Below, piece after piece: positions 13,101 through 25,094 of a DNA stretch of 64,000 nt. The translations under genes and the position numbers were made by a program. The DNA is from Octopus sinensis (taxonomy: Eukaryota). The first letter of the stretch is position 1, and every line of letters begins with the position of its first letter. Location of the stretch: the NCBI RefSeq assembly GCF_006345805.1, contig NC_042999.1, positions 36,580,001-36,644,000 of the forward strand. Direction: 5' to 3'. Below the pieces are notes generated by a model, which saw nothing but the letters and a program-made list of their open reading frames with translations, made no database searches and was not told where the DNA came from.

Positions 13101-14001
13101 TGGATAAATTCGGTTCATGCAGTAAGTTTTGTCGCATACGTTGAAGAATTGAGTGTCAAAGGGATGGGTATACTTGTCAATGGTCTCTCTAGGGTTATCT
13201 TCATTATCGTTACTGTTTCCAACATCAGCCTTCCTATTATTATTATCACCATTACCACTACACATATAATAGAAAATAAACCTAGCCTGAATAGAAAACT
13301 AGAATGGAGCAATAGCGCACACCACAACATATGACAATAGTGGATCCTGCAAACATAATAAATACACAGGTAATTAAAGAAATAGAAATGAATATCTATA
13401 TATATGTATATGTGTATATATATGTATATGTGTATATATGTGTGTATATATGTATATATATATATATGTATATGTATATGTATGTATATATATATATGTA
13501 TATGTATATTCTTTTTTTTTTTTTTTCGATTAGATTTATTATTATTACTAATATTGTTGTTATACATACATACAAGCATATGTAATGATAATAATGGGTG
13601 GATGTAACACATGAACAAAATTAGAACAAAAGAAACAACAACAAAAACAAAATACAAATTACAAGAATGTATATAACCAGAAGATACAAATATTGCAGGC
13701 ATCCCCCCCACACACACACTAAATAAACTAGACGCACATAGAGATATAAGCATGCGCAATGAAGACATACAATAGAAATACAAAATGGCTGACGGTTAGT
13801 AAGGAGAGACACAAGTAAGTGAGAAGAAAACAAAGGACCACTGATGCGGTCACAGGAGTGTGACGAAAGAACTTTGGCCGAAATAAGATTAAGATTAATG
13901 TAAAAAATAAATATCACTGAAGCAAAATAACACCAAATATATAGTGCGTGTGTTTTTATTGGCTAAACTGGCAATATGACCATTCCGAAATATAACAATA
14001 T
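10129..14001 (-). mobile_element. Penelope-like retroelement (RT + GIY-YIG) with inverted pseudo-LTRs
   Basis: Arms 10129-10857 and 13258-14001 are reverse complements apart from small indels. Between them lie RT motifs PTDKSG, SMDVVSLYPSI, QDEGAAIGVSIAGDVANLFM and YVDD, and the GIY-YIG motif VYSIRC...TYVGETARSIGER. Confidence 0.92.
10780..13257 (-). pseudogene. Penelope-like RT/GIY-YIG polyprotein, 5'-truncated and frameshifted
   Basis: ORFs 12888-13265, 11734-12933 and 11085-11312 plus hand-translated links (LPVLDTELW, YYANPMASKYLIH, ADLVRIMRNVS, MQFSGYS, WY..SVMFVDTTPGGEL, Cys-rich linker, PSLNRKLEW). Confidence 0.85.
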
Positions 14002-14189
14002 CTGTTTCAACACACGACTTCACATAAAAAATCTTGCACAACAAATATTTAAACGTATATATATATATATATCCATATAAACTTATATTTATATTTTTAT
14101 GTAAATATACATAAAAATATAGGGATATAAGTTTGTATTGATGTACACCATCTTATGTGTGAACACACGCGCATGTACACATGTGTATT

Positions 14190-14222
<33 letters not shown>

Positions 14223-14764
14223 CTGTATATGTGTACGTGTCTATATGTAGATGTGAGGATGTATGTGTATGTATGTATGTGTGTATGTGTATATATGACT
14301 AAATAAGGGCACACAATACCAACTGAAAAATGAATAAAATGACTTCAATAGATTCACAAAGTCATCTTTTAACAAGAGCTCAACAACTTTTTTTGACCAC
14401 ACCTAGAAATATTCGATTTGTTTATTCAACTACCTTTTGCCTTCTTACCTTCCACCTTTTTACCTCTTTTCCTTCCTTTTTTCCTTTCTCCTTTCTTTCT
14501 TTTTTCATACATGCTATTGTATTTACTTTCAGTATCTTTTTTTTTTATATTTTTTACATCAGTTTTTCTACTCTTTATTTTTTATGTTCTATTTTAATTT
14601 TTTATTTGTATTCTTGTAAGAAAAAATCTGTTGCTATATAAACAACCTTCTAAACCACAGAATTTCAGTTTGAAAAATGGCTATTGCAAAGCTCAAAACT
14701 CATTAGAGTAACTGTAAATACTATCATTAAAATAAAAATTACCCCCACAAAAGCCATCTCTACT

Positions 14765-14965
14765 CATTTTTACTGAGGCAGGGTCTTGCACAGACATTGC
14801 ATGTCAGCATCAAAGGAAGACCCTTCCCTTCTGGAAGTGTAATAGCGATGCCCTTCCTGACATCCCTCCTTACTTTCTCATGTGCAACTCGAGATTTCTC
14901 AAAAGTGGCTGTCCCCTCATGCACAATCCTTCTCCACCTGCTACGATCAGTAGCCATGCCTTCCC
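14765..14965 (-). pseudogene. RTE/BovB-type LINE ORF C-terminal relic with C2H2-like end
   Basis: WEGMATDRSRWRRIVHEGTATFEKSRVAHEKVRRDVRKG...CNVCARPCLSK matches the typical RTE C-terminus. It differs from the 46-49 kb RTE. Confidence 0.7.
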
Positions 14966-15432
14966 ATATGTGTGTGTATATGTTTGTGTGCCTGTGTTTG
15001 TCCTTAAGAGATCTCTCCTGACATACATACATACATACAAATGAGTGGATAAATGAAAGAAGGGAGTGACATGTATGGATCAAAACAGTTTGATTCAAAT
15101 TCATTGGCACTCTTGAGTTACAAGCACAATGCTAGTCATCAGCCATTTTGAATTTGAATGAAAGAAGTTGATTGTTATTACCGTGAAGTGAGCTGCAATT
15201 GGTCGAGTACTGGATAACATCCTACAGCTTTGTCAGAGCCTTATTTGGGAAAATTACATTTTCAGCACATACAGGCATTGTGAATGAGAAAGTTAATGTT
15301 GATGCCTATGGAAAGATTTGCCTAAAAGTAGAAAGAAATATGCAAATATATACATGCACTTACACCAGAATGAGAAGTGAAGAAAAGAAAATTTATATAG
15401 ACATATAGTCACACAAAGAGCAATATGCTCTA

Positions 15433-15639
15433 CTCTTTTACTTGTTTCAGTCATTTGACTGCGGCCATGCTGGAGCACCACCTTTAGTTGAGCAAATCAA
15501 CCCCTGGACTTATTCTCTGGAAGCGTAGTACTTATTCTATCAGTCTCTTTTGCTAAACTGCTAAGTTATGGGGATGTAAACACACCAGCATCAGTTGTCA
15601 AGCGATGTTGCGGGGACAAACACAGGCACACAAACATAT

Positions 15640-15685
<46 letters not shown>

Positions 15686-16108
15686 CGTAAAATGCACCAA
15701 TCCGACTGTGGCCGTTGCCAGCCTCGCCTGGCACCTGTGCAAGTGGCAGGTAAAAAGCACCCACTACACTCACGGAGTGGTTGGCATTAGGAAGGGCATC
15801 CAGCTGTAGAAACACTGCCAGATAAGACTGGAGCCTGGTGCAGCCTTCTGGCTTCCTAGATCCCCGGTCGAACCGTCCAACCCATGCTAGCATGGAGAAC
15901 AGACGTTAAACGATGATGATGATGATGATATATATATACATATATACGATGGGCTTCTTTCAGTTTCTGTCTACCAAATCCACTCACAAGGCTTTGGTTG
16001 GCCCGAGGCTATAGTAGAAGACACTTGCCCAAGGTGTCATGCAGTGGGACTGAACCCGAACCATGTGGTTGGTAAGCAAGGTACTTACCACACAGCCACT
16101 CATGTGCC
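15433..16108 (-). mobile_element. tRNA-derived SINE split by an RTE 3' tail (+, 15681-15929) in its central (AT)n
   Basis: SINE tail (reverse complement) at 15433-15640 and head at 15945-16108; the inserted segment ends gacgttaaac(gat)n. Confidence 0.85.
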
Positions 16109-16810
16109 TAATATATGTATAAATATATATATATATGGGTGGGCAGGTGTGTTTATATATCTGAGTTTGTGCACATTCTTGTGTGTTTGTGTACAGTGTA
16201 ATTAGTCTCTTTTGCTGAACTGCTAAGTTACAGGGATGTAAGCACACCAACACTGGTTGTCACACAGAGGTGGGAGATACACACATACACACGTACATGA
16301 CAAGCTTCTTTCAGTTTCCATTGACCAAATCCACTCACAAGGCTTTGAACAGCATTGAGCTATAGTAGAAGACACTTGCCCCAGGTGACAGTGCAGTGGG
16401 ATTGAACCCAGAGCCATGAGGTTGGGAAACAAGCTTCTTACCATACAATCATGCATGTACACTTCTCTTTGAATTTCCTTCCTAAACTTTAGCTATTTCC
16501 ACACACCAGTACCATTGGAGAAACTTAGATTTTGTCTATAACTGCCATCATTACTAACATTATACAAGTCTCTATCTGACATTATCTTGGTTTTATTAAT
16601 TACTGTCTGAGCTAATTATTTCTCCAATATTTTCTCCACCCAGCATTGTCCTCTATATCCTGTGTCTATTTCCTGGCTCTTTGTGCTTCCATATCTTCTT
16701 TCTGTAAACTAAGTGCATTTAGCTTTTACTCTGAAGTCACTAATCCCCTCTTTTTATCTCATTTCTTGGAGAAAATTAACTACATCTGGCCTCTGCCTGT
16801 ACATGTGTGT

Positions 16811-16848
<38 letters not shown>

Positions 16849-17384
16849 ATGCTTTACTGGTAGGGAATGTGGTGGTTAGCTGGTTTCTTGAAATAGTGTT
16901 GCAGATGGTTAGGTCATTAGTGTCACAAAACTCCATGTGGTTTGATCCTTTCTTATATTTCCTATCTCACCCACATTCTCTGTATGCACAGCAGAAACCC
17001 TCATGTTCATTAAAATTACTAGCTGTAATAGTAAAATCTCTGCACAAGGGCTTCATGAAAGCAGCCCTTCTGCTCATAAGCCAGCCCTGAATATAATGTG
17101 TATGTTGAAATAAATATCACTGTTGAATTGTTAAAACCATGCCTAATCTTGATTTTCCATATTCTCATTCTAACTATCTTAGTTGCTTTATCTATCCATA
17201 CCACTGCCAAGAGTATACCTACTTCATCTGCTTCCTTGCTTCCAGAAAAAAATTACCTATGTGAACTTGTTTCCCTGAAGTATCTGCTGTGTACAAGAGA
17301 TTATCTTATTTACTTTATATCTTATGCATAACACACTTCTACTTCCCTCTTTTCTTGTATGTCTACATTGTTCCATGGCTGACT

Positions 17385-17715
17385 TTTCATTGTGCTGTTG
17401 TTGATAGTGGATTCCATTATAGAGTGTCCTAGCTACAACTTCATGTCTCATCAGTAGATAATACCATGATGACATTTTCAGACAACTGCTTATGATGTGG
17501 ATGATATCTTCAGTGTTAACTCTATAAAGTCTGCATTGATTGTCACATTTTACTGCTTTTCCTGCATCTCTAACCCTTTTGTGCATTAGGTACTTGGTTG
17601 ATATTGCCTGTTCCTGGATTGCAAACACATACTCTTCAAAGTGAGAGGTAGTAATTCGGCTATTGGTCCATGATAAACTGCTTTGATGGTCAATGTTACT
17701 ATCATCTTGGAGCTT
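17385..17715 (-). pseudogene. RLE-type (R4/Dong-like) non-LTR retrotransposon relic, CCHC zinc-knuckle region
   Basis: FAIQEQAISTKYL...CRLYRVNTEDIIHIISSCLKMSSWYYLLMRHEVVARTLY; homologous to 25095-25643. Confidence 0.75.
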
Positions 17716-17725
17716 TCTACTAAAA

Positions 17726-18587
17726 CTAGCAGTATAGCCCGGCGTTGCCTAGGATTAAGTTAGGATTATTAAGCTAATCAAGTGCTTTGCTTCAAACCAA
17801 ACTAAGTAACACCAATGTAAAATTTGAGTGAAATCCGCTGAAATTGGTAAACATTTGGCTGAAAATGGGTTGCAAACAATTTGATTGGGAAATCCCATCA
17901 GGAATTGGTTTATCGATTTTTCCACTCATCGATTACTTTTTTGGGGGGTGGGGGAGAACTTAAAGCATTCAAAGCTCCCATGAGTCCTAAGTAATGCTGG
18001 CATCAAGTTTGAACAAAATACATCAAAATGTACAAGGAAACGGTTTATCGATTTTTCATCCCGTTTGAATGGAAAACCTGATAAGGAATTAGTTTATTGA
18101 TTTTTCACCCCAAATAGGACTTAACCAAACACAACATTGCTGATTCAAAAACATCTATATTTATACTTTAAAGTTGGTTTTCACACCCAACCCAGTTCTG
18201 CAGAATCAGTGTCATGACAGGAACACATGGGTTGCGAATTTGACCGGCAGTGGTGATCAGGTTGCACATGCTGACCTTTTCGAAACCCCCCCCACCCTTG
18301 ACCTATGGGTTGGGAGCCCTTCCAGCAAGGAAAATAGAACACCCAAAAGAGCTCCCGATTCTATGTGTCAGAAGAGGCTATGTTCAGATCACAACTAAGC
18401 CTTAACCTAAATTAGCAAAACGGGGCTCATGAGCCTCTGAAAGGCAGCGACTAATCCCGATCTAGACCTAACCCCTCCTAGGGGTACTACTGGTCAAGGC
18501 TGCATCAAAGATATGCATTGGAGAAGGTTGCCTCAGCAATCTGCATTGGAGACGGTTACATTGAAGGTTTGCATGCCATTATATATA

Positions 18588-18634
<47 letters not shown>

Positions 18635-18965
18635 TATATGAAAGAATGGAGTTGAACGACTAGTTAACAAATATCCTTTATTCTTAACATATGTTTCGAA
18701 GGCTGCATATTCCTAATTCCGAAGGAATAAGGAGTACATTATGCAGATTTCTCATCAGGAAAATCAAGGAACTTATGTCGACATCAAAATGCACAAAAAA
18801 CTTTTAGCTGACCGCTCTCAAGGAGCCCATGGTGATAATGAGTGTCTCTTTATAAGGAGTGACGTCAGAGTGGCTGAATGTAGAAGAATCTAGAAGGTTC
18901 TAAAGGTTCAAGGGTTCAAACGAAGTAGGAGGAGGGAGGCATAAGAATAGTAAGGTGAGAGAGTG

Positions 18966-18999
<34 letters not shown>

Positions 19000-19617
19000 G
19001 TCACTTTCTCTACTATATATATATATATTTTTAATAACGAGCCATGTAATTCACACTCTGGAAAATTTATTTCTGTAAAATGTTGGGAGTGGGGAAAATT
19101 TCCAAGGCTTTCACCTCACCCCACTTCATTTTTTGGACCCCAAAAAGGGTTTTGTAGCATATTAGGAGGTCACATGAATTCATTCAATGAAAAAAAAAAT
19201 TTCCAATGATTCCGGGATGGGGGTTCCCCCCTCACCTTACCCCCCTTTTTTCCGTACCAAAATCAGGGATTTGTAGTATATTAGGAGATCAGGTTACTTG
19301 ATTCCAAGAGTATTTTTCTTTTTTTCTTAGTGAAAATCTAAAAATTTACCCATTGTTTTTCTTCCTTGCCATGGGACAGGTGACTTAACTCATATTAGCA
19401 AACTTAGGGATTTCACCAACATGGAAATTAGTAAAAGTTATGGTTGAAAATCGATTTTTACCATTATCCGCAGGTGCCTCAGGGAAAATATGTTGACAAA
19501 AAACACAGCCATAATCGTGACCAATGTCCTCCTGAAATTGGAGTGACGTGTGCTAATTTGTGAGCGTGCATAAATTACATTCACACACACACATCCTGCC
19601 TTTTGTAGATAAATAGA
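17726..19617 (-). mobile_element. Non-autonomous Helitron with nested insertions
   Basis: Minus strand starts A|TCTATTTATCTACAAAAGGCAGG and ends ...cctaggcaacgccgggctatactgCTAG|T (3' hairpin, CTAG terminus, A/T insertion site). Confidence 0.7.
18681..18763 (-). ncRNA. Minimal type-I hammerhead ribozyme motif (same family as 9820-9901)
   Basis: Minus strand: UUUUC-CUGAUGA-GAA.UCUGCAUA...UAUGCAG..UUC-GAAA-CAUAUG-U-U-AAGAA. The core GAAA is intact, but TCGA has become TTAA at the cleavage site and stem I. Confidence 0.65.
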
Positions 19618-19902
19618 TAAATAAGTGATTTAGAATAAATATATTTTAATTGTTGTGTGAGAAAGTATATATAATCTGATTGTAAAATAGTGTCTTTCAA
19701 AAACATCCTAAATTTGAAGACTATATCTCATGTTTAAGAAAAAAAAAAATTTTATTTTTGAGGAACGCTGTCACTCTCTCTCCCTCACACACACTTTCTC
19801 TTCACATTTTTTTTGTAAGACACTGTCAAACTCTCTCTCTCTCTCTCTCTCTCCTTCACACATGCACACACACACACTTTCACTTCCTTATGGCAAGAAG
19901 AG

Positions 19903-20129
19903 GACTTAACTCATGTTAGCAAACTTCAAAATTGGTATAAGTTATGGTTGAAAATCAATTTTTACCACTATCTGCAGGTGCCTTGGGAAAAATAAATTGA
20001 CAAAAACCCAGCTAGAGTCATGACGAATATCCTCCTAAAATTGGAGGCGACATGCATGCTACTTTTAGGACATGCATAAATTACATTCACACACACACAC
20101 ACACATCCTGCCTTTTATAGATATACAGA
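19903..20129 (-). mobile_element. Second, partial copy of the same Helitron 5' end
   Basis: Repeats 19382-19617 (gacttaactcat.ttagcaaactt...catcctgccttt); the minus strand starts A|TCTGTATATCTATAAAAGGCAGG. Confidence 0.65.
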
Positions 20130-20539
20130 TATCCATGCATAGTCTTCTGCTCATATAGGCTCATCCTTTCATGTGATGAGACATTGTGGTAGAGTCATGC
20201 AACTTCTTTGGGCATATATTCTAGGTTATCGGACAAAGAATGTATGTATGTATGTATGATTGCATATGTTTGTATATATGTACTTTTAATGATCTTTTTT
20301 AGGCATTGCAATACTAAGTTGATGGCAATTCCTCTTCTCTTGACATTCACTAATTGTGTGTGTGTGTGCATATATGGTACAAAAATAGAAAAAAACATGA
20401 AGACAAGGTACAAAAACAAACAGGGTGTACACTCAGGATTATTAGACAAAGTATTCAACATTTTGAGCATCCTCTCTTCTACAGATAGAATACATGAAAA
20501 GTGCGTGTATATATGTGTGTGTGTGTTGGGGGTCCCCAG

Positions 20540-20890
20540 GAGGCAAGGACCAAGACCATTTGGCAATATGCCGGGTTTCGAGTGTTGGGTCTCATGGAGG
20601 CAATGACTGAGTCCATTTGGCATTATGCCATGCTTGAGAAGACCCATCAAGCAAAATGAAATCATGGTCATAGAAGATACCGGTGTCATGCAAATGGCAC
20701 CCATGCTGGTGGCATGTATAAGCACCCATTACACTTTCGGAGTGGTTGTCATTAGGAAGGGCATCCAGCTGTAGAAACCATACTAAAACAGACTGGTGTC
20801 TAGTGCAGCCTTCCAGCATGCCAGCCCTTTTCAAACCATCCAACCCACGCCAGCATGGAGAACAGACATTAAATGATAATGATGATGATG
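20540..20890 (+). mobile_element. RTE-type 3' end, diverged subfamily
   Basis: ...ggagtggttgtcattaggaagggcatccagctgtagaaac...gacattaaa(tga)n. Confidence 0.7.
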
Positions 20891-22565
20891 TGTATATATA
20901 TATATATATATCTTATAAATTTGAGTGATATTTCTCTGTCCATTACGTTTTATGTTCATTAACTCCTCCTAGACCATTGATGCAAGGACAACAAAACTCA
21001 AACCAGCAATGCCCCTAATCTCAGGGAATGTCCTTAGGGGGTCTATTTTTTTTAAGGCCCACCTAATTAGAGCCCACTGAACCCCACTATTTTTACTGCA
21101 TTTTAAACTAAATACATGGCATTGGTGACCAAATCAGAGCAATGAAAATGAATTTCATACCATGAACTCCCAGGAAGTATCATAAGGAGGTTAAATTTCT
21201 GAAGGGCTGTTTAAATGGGGCCCCACTGATCCCCCTATTTTTACTGCATTTACCTCACTCCTACATTTGTGAATTAAACTATGATCAGCATCAGTGCTTA
21301 GCACATTTACAGAAATAAGTTTGGGCATTCTAAATACCTTCATGTACATTCAAATTGAGATAAAGTGTTATAAAAGGTACATTTCAAGTGTGGTAGTGTG
21401 GATATTTGTATTTTGTAGTTTATGAAACTTATGTCTAGTATATATATATATATATATATATATTTGTATATTCCTCGCTTGATCCTTTATCAACCTCTTG
21501 TGATCTCTATAGCTGTAACAATTTTTTACTCATGTTTAAATATATAAATGTCATAATTTGAGCTAAATTACACTGTTTTGAACTGTAGTGAAATGGAATG
21601 GCTCTCTTCAATGCAGACCACATGATATCAGTGGGCTAACCTTTGTGTGTGTGTGTGTGTGTGTGTGTTTTGCCAGGTGTGCTACAAAACTAATGTAGTA
21701 TTTTGTTTTATGACAGTGTTTGAAACTGCATCTGGAGCTATGTACAACTGTTGCTATAACACTAAGTTACCTACTTCTGATGTGTCATAATAAAAATTAC
21801 ATTTTGATTTTCCAACAATAACAACCTGCCCTCCATTAAAAATATTTGGCTTTTGTCTGCACCTCTGTTTGATTGTCATCCTTTAAGACATACATACATA
21901 CACGGATGCACACATATAAGCACATATTTATATGCACACATATACATATACACTCTCACATTTATTTTCTTCTTTGCCTGCTCTCTATTTTCACATAGAG
22001 ACATGCATTTTGTTTCCTCCCTTCCCCACTCTTTATTTAGATACACACACTCTCATGCACACATATCACTACCCATGCTTCCTCTTCTGTTCCCTTATAG
22101 CTACCTTTACAAAAGTCCTGCCCTATTTTCTTTCAGGTATAAATAGTTTTGGAGACGTCTCAGAAATAATTGATTCAAACAACAGCTCATTTCAACTTAT
22201 CCATGCACCAATTGCACACATGCACTAACACTACTGTTGTCCACATGACATTTCTAATTAAATAACATCCTAATTCCCTTGAAGTTAACTTGAAAGTATC
22301 AAGCTATGCATACAAGTGAAAATATCATTCATGTCACGCACAAAGTTGTTTCAGTCATGTCAACTTTGACATTCAGGAAAGGTAGAAAAAAAAAACTTTG
22401 TTTTTCTTCTATTTTCCTATTTCATTGTGTGTTTGTGTATGTAAAATTGAGAGGGTAAGAAGAAAGGAAGAAGAATGAGTATGTGTAATGGGTAATCATA
22501 GGATAGGAAGAAAATAAAGTATACAAGCATATGCATGTTTTTATCTTTTTTTGTTTTAAAGAAGT

Positions 22566-23052
22566 TGTAAAAAGCACCTTTCGAGCATTGGGCCTCACAG
22601 AGGCAATGTGGCCAATGCAGGTGTCATGTAAAAAGCACCTTTCGAGCATTGGGCCTGACAGAGGCAATGTGGCCAATGCAGGTGTCATGTAAAAAGCACC
22701 TTTCTGGTGTCGGGCCTCACAGAGACAACATGGCTGATGCTGGTGTCATGTAAAAAGCACCTTTCGAGCATTGGGCCTGACAGAGGCAATGTGGCCAATG
22801 CCAGTGTCACGTAAAAAGCACCTTTCAAGTGTTGGACCTCACAGAGGCAATGACAGATGACTGAGACCTTTGGCAATATGCTGTACTTCAGAAGAAAACC
22901 CATGAAAGTGGTTGGTGTTAGGAAAGGCATCCAGCCGTAGAAACCATACCAAGTCAGACTGGAGTCTGGTGCAGCCCCCCAGTTTACAAGCCTGGGTCAA
23001 ACCGTCCAACCCATTCCAGCATGAACAATGGACATTAAATGATGATGATGAT
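22566..23052 (+). mobile_element. 61-bp tandem array (about 5 units, 22566-22870) followed by an RTE 3' tail
   Basis: tgtaaaaagcacc starts at 22566, 22627, 22688, 22749 and 22810; then ...ggaaaggcatccagccgtagaaac...ggacattaaa(tga)n. Confidence 0.85.
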
Positions 23053-23182
23053 GTTCTACATGCTGTTAAATCTTGAGTAGTAGATTTAATCTATTGCATA
23101 GTACAACACCATCACCTAGCATCTCAAATACCTTTTTAACAGTCCATTCCATTGCAAGCTTTCAGACTAGAGCTGTGTTTTA

Positions 23183-23617
23183 TTCTTTTACTTCTTTCAG
23201 TCACTTGACTGTGGTCATGCTGGAACCTGCCTTGAGGGGTTTTAGTCAAACAAATTGCACCCCCACCCCTCACCAGGATTTTTTTTTGGGGGGGGAGCCT
23301 AGTACTTATTCTATCAGTCACTTTTACTGAACCGCCAAGATATGGGGACGTAAGCACACCAACACCATTAATCGAGCAGTGATAGGGGGGACAAACACAG
23401 ACACAAAGCCACGCATACATAGATACATACATATATATATATATATATGATGCGCTTCTGAGTTTCTTTCACTTTCCATCATCCAAATCCACTCATGGAG
23501 CTTTGGTCGGCCTGAGGCTATTAGTAGACACTTGACCAAGGTGCCAAACAGTGGGACTGAACCCGCAACCATGTGGTTGAGAAGCAAGCTTTTTACCACA
23601 CAGCCATGCCGGTACCT
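23183..23617 (-). mobile_element. tRNA-derived SINE
   Basis: Reverse-complement tail and head of the dominant SINE family with a central (AT)n. Confidence 0.75.
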
Positions 23618-24141
23618 GTTTTGTAGATACTTCCTCACGTCTTCCCACCAGTGTCTGAGATTCTGCAAAAGGCCATGGGTAATGCTTTCCTTTTTGACTT
23701 AGAAGATTTTAAAAAATATAAATAAAACTTGTATAGCCAATGAGGAAGGGAGCCTGACTTGCCAAAAATAGCAGTCAAATCTACTTCAAATCCCACCTCA
23801 TGCTATCTTAAATATGGAATGATACAATAGATAATGTAGTTCCAGATACCCTTAAATAGATAGGATGATTATGGCTGGAATATCCTTGGTCTGCTCAACA
23901 AAGATTGGCTTGAAGCTACTGTAGAAAACACTTGTCTAAGGTGTCATGCAGTGGGACTGAACCTGAAGCCAAGTTGTTGGGGAGCATGCTTCTTAACCAC
24001 ACAGCAACACCTGCAGCCTATACACACACATACACACAAACATATACATATGTTGTAATACTTACAACATTTAATAAAATGATGTAGTACGAAACGATCG
24101 TACCAAATTACTGGAATCATTCTTGTTGCTTATTTTGATTG

Positions 24142-24181
<40 letters not shown>

Positions 24182-25094
24182 TAAATACACATGTCCATAG
24201 ACACACATCTCTATAAAGCTAAAATACTGTCTTAAGATAGCATGTTAGCACATTTTACAAAAAAAGTAGTTTTTTTAAGGAGATCTAGAGTTTTAGTAGC
24301 GTGATTTCTTATAGATATAAAAGAGACAATATATTTATGGTTATGTCACTGAAGCCATGGTCAACCCTGACTGAGTACACTTTTGATAAAAAGCATTCTA
24401 GCCTTAATCATACTGGTTTGTTGTTTGTTATTCTTTTTTTTTTTTTATGTGAGAGACTATTGCATTGTGCAATGTATGGTTTCTTATTTTAAGATGATTG
24501 GACGTGATTTTGAAAGACACTTGGTTGCTATCCCTAGTAGGTCAAGTGACTGTTTAAAAACTTCTTTGATGACACTTCATTTTTATAATTTATGTATTGC
24601 AGATTGTGTATACCAGAATATTATCATAGTTTACAAGGCAGCCATGAAAATCAAAGTTTCTTGAGAAAGAGAAATGGGATTTTTGAGGCTGCTATCAAAC
24701 CCTTGCAGTTATTAATAATGTAAATGAGATGGAACAACTGCAACTCAGTGCCATGATTCAAATACTCTCTTAGCACTCACCTATCATACTTCTGGAAACC
24801 AATCAATAAATTAGTCAGTTACTGTTGGACTGTTAAATTATCTTCTACTTGTTTCAGTCATTGGACTGTGCCCATGCTGGAGCTCCACCTTGAAGAGTTT
24901 AGTCATACAAATTGACCTCCATACTTTATTTCTTATTCTGTCAGTTTTGTTTGCCAAGCTACTAAGTTACAGAAATGTAAACAAACCAACACTGTTTGTC
25001 CAGCGGGGAACAAACACATACATACACCATTCATACATACATACATACATACATCATACATGCATAAATCATACATACATACGTACGCATGCAC

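Noticed and set aside
10860-13257. Selenocysteine (UGA) recoding as described for some Naiad Penelope elements
   Set aside because: The TGA codons seen (near 11600, 11455, 11010) disappear when one-base frameshifts are repaired, and I found no SECIS-like stem in the 3' arm.
22566-22870. CRISPR-like regularly spaced repeats (also 41306-41780)
   Set aside because: The context is eukaryotic, the units are contiguous with no unique spacers, and there are no cas genes.
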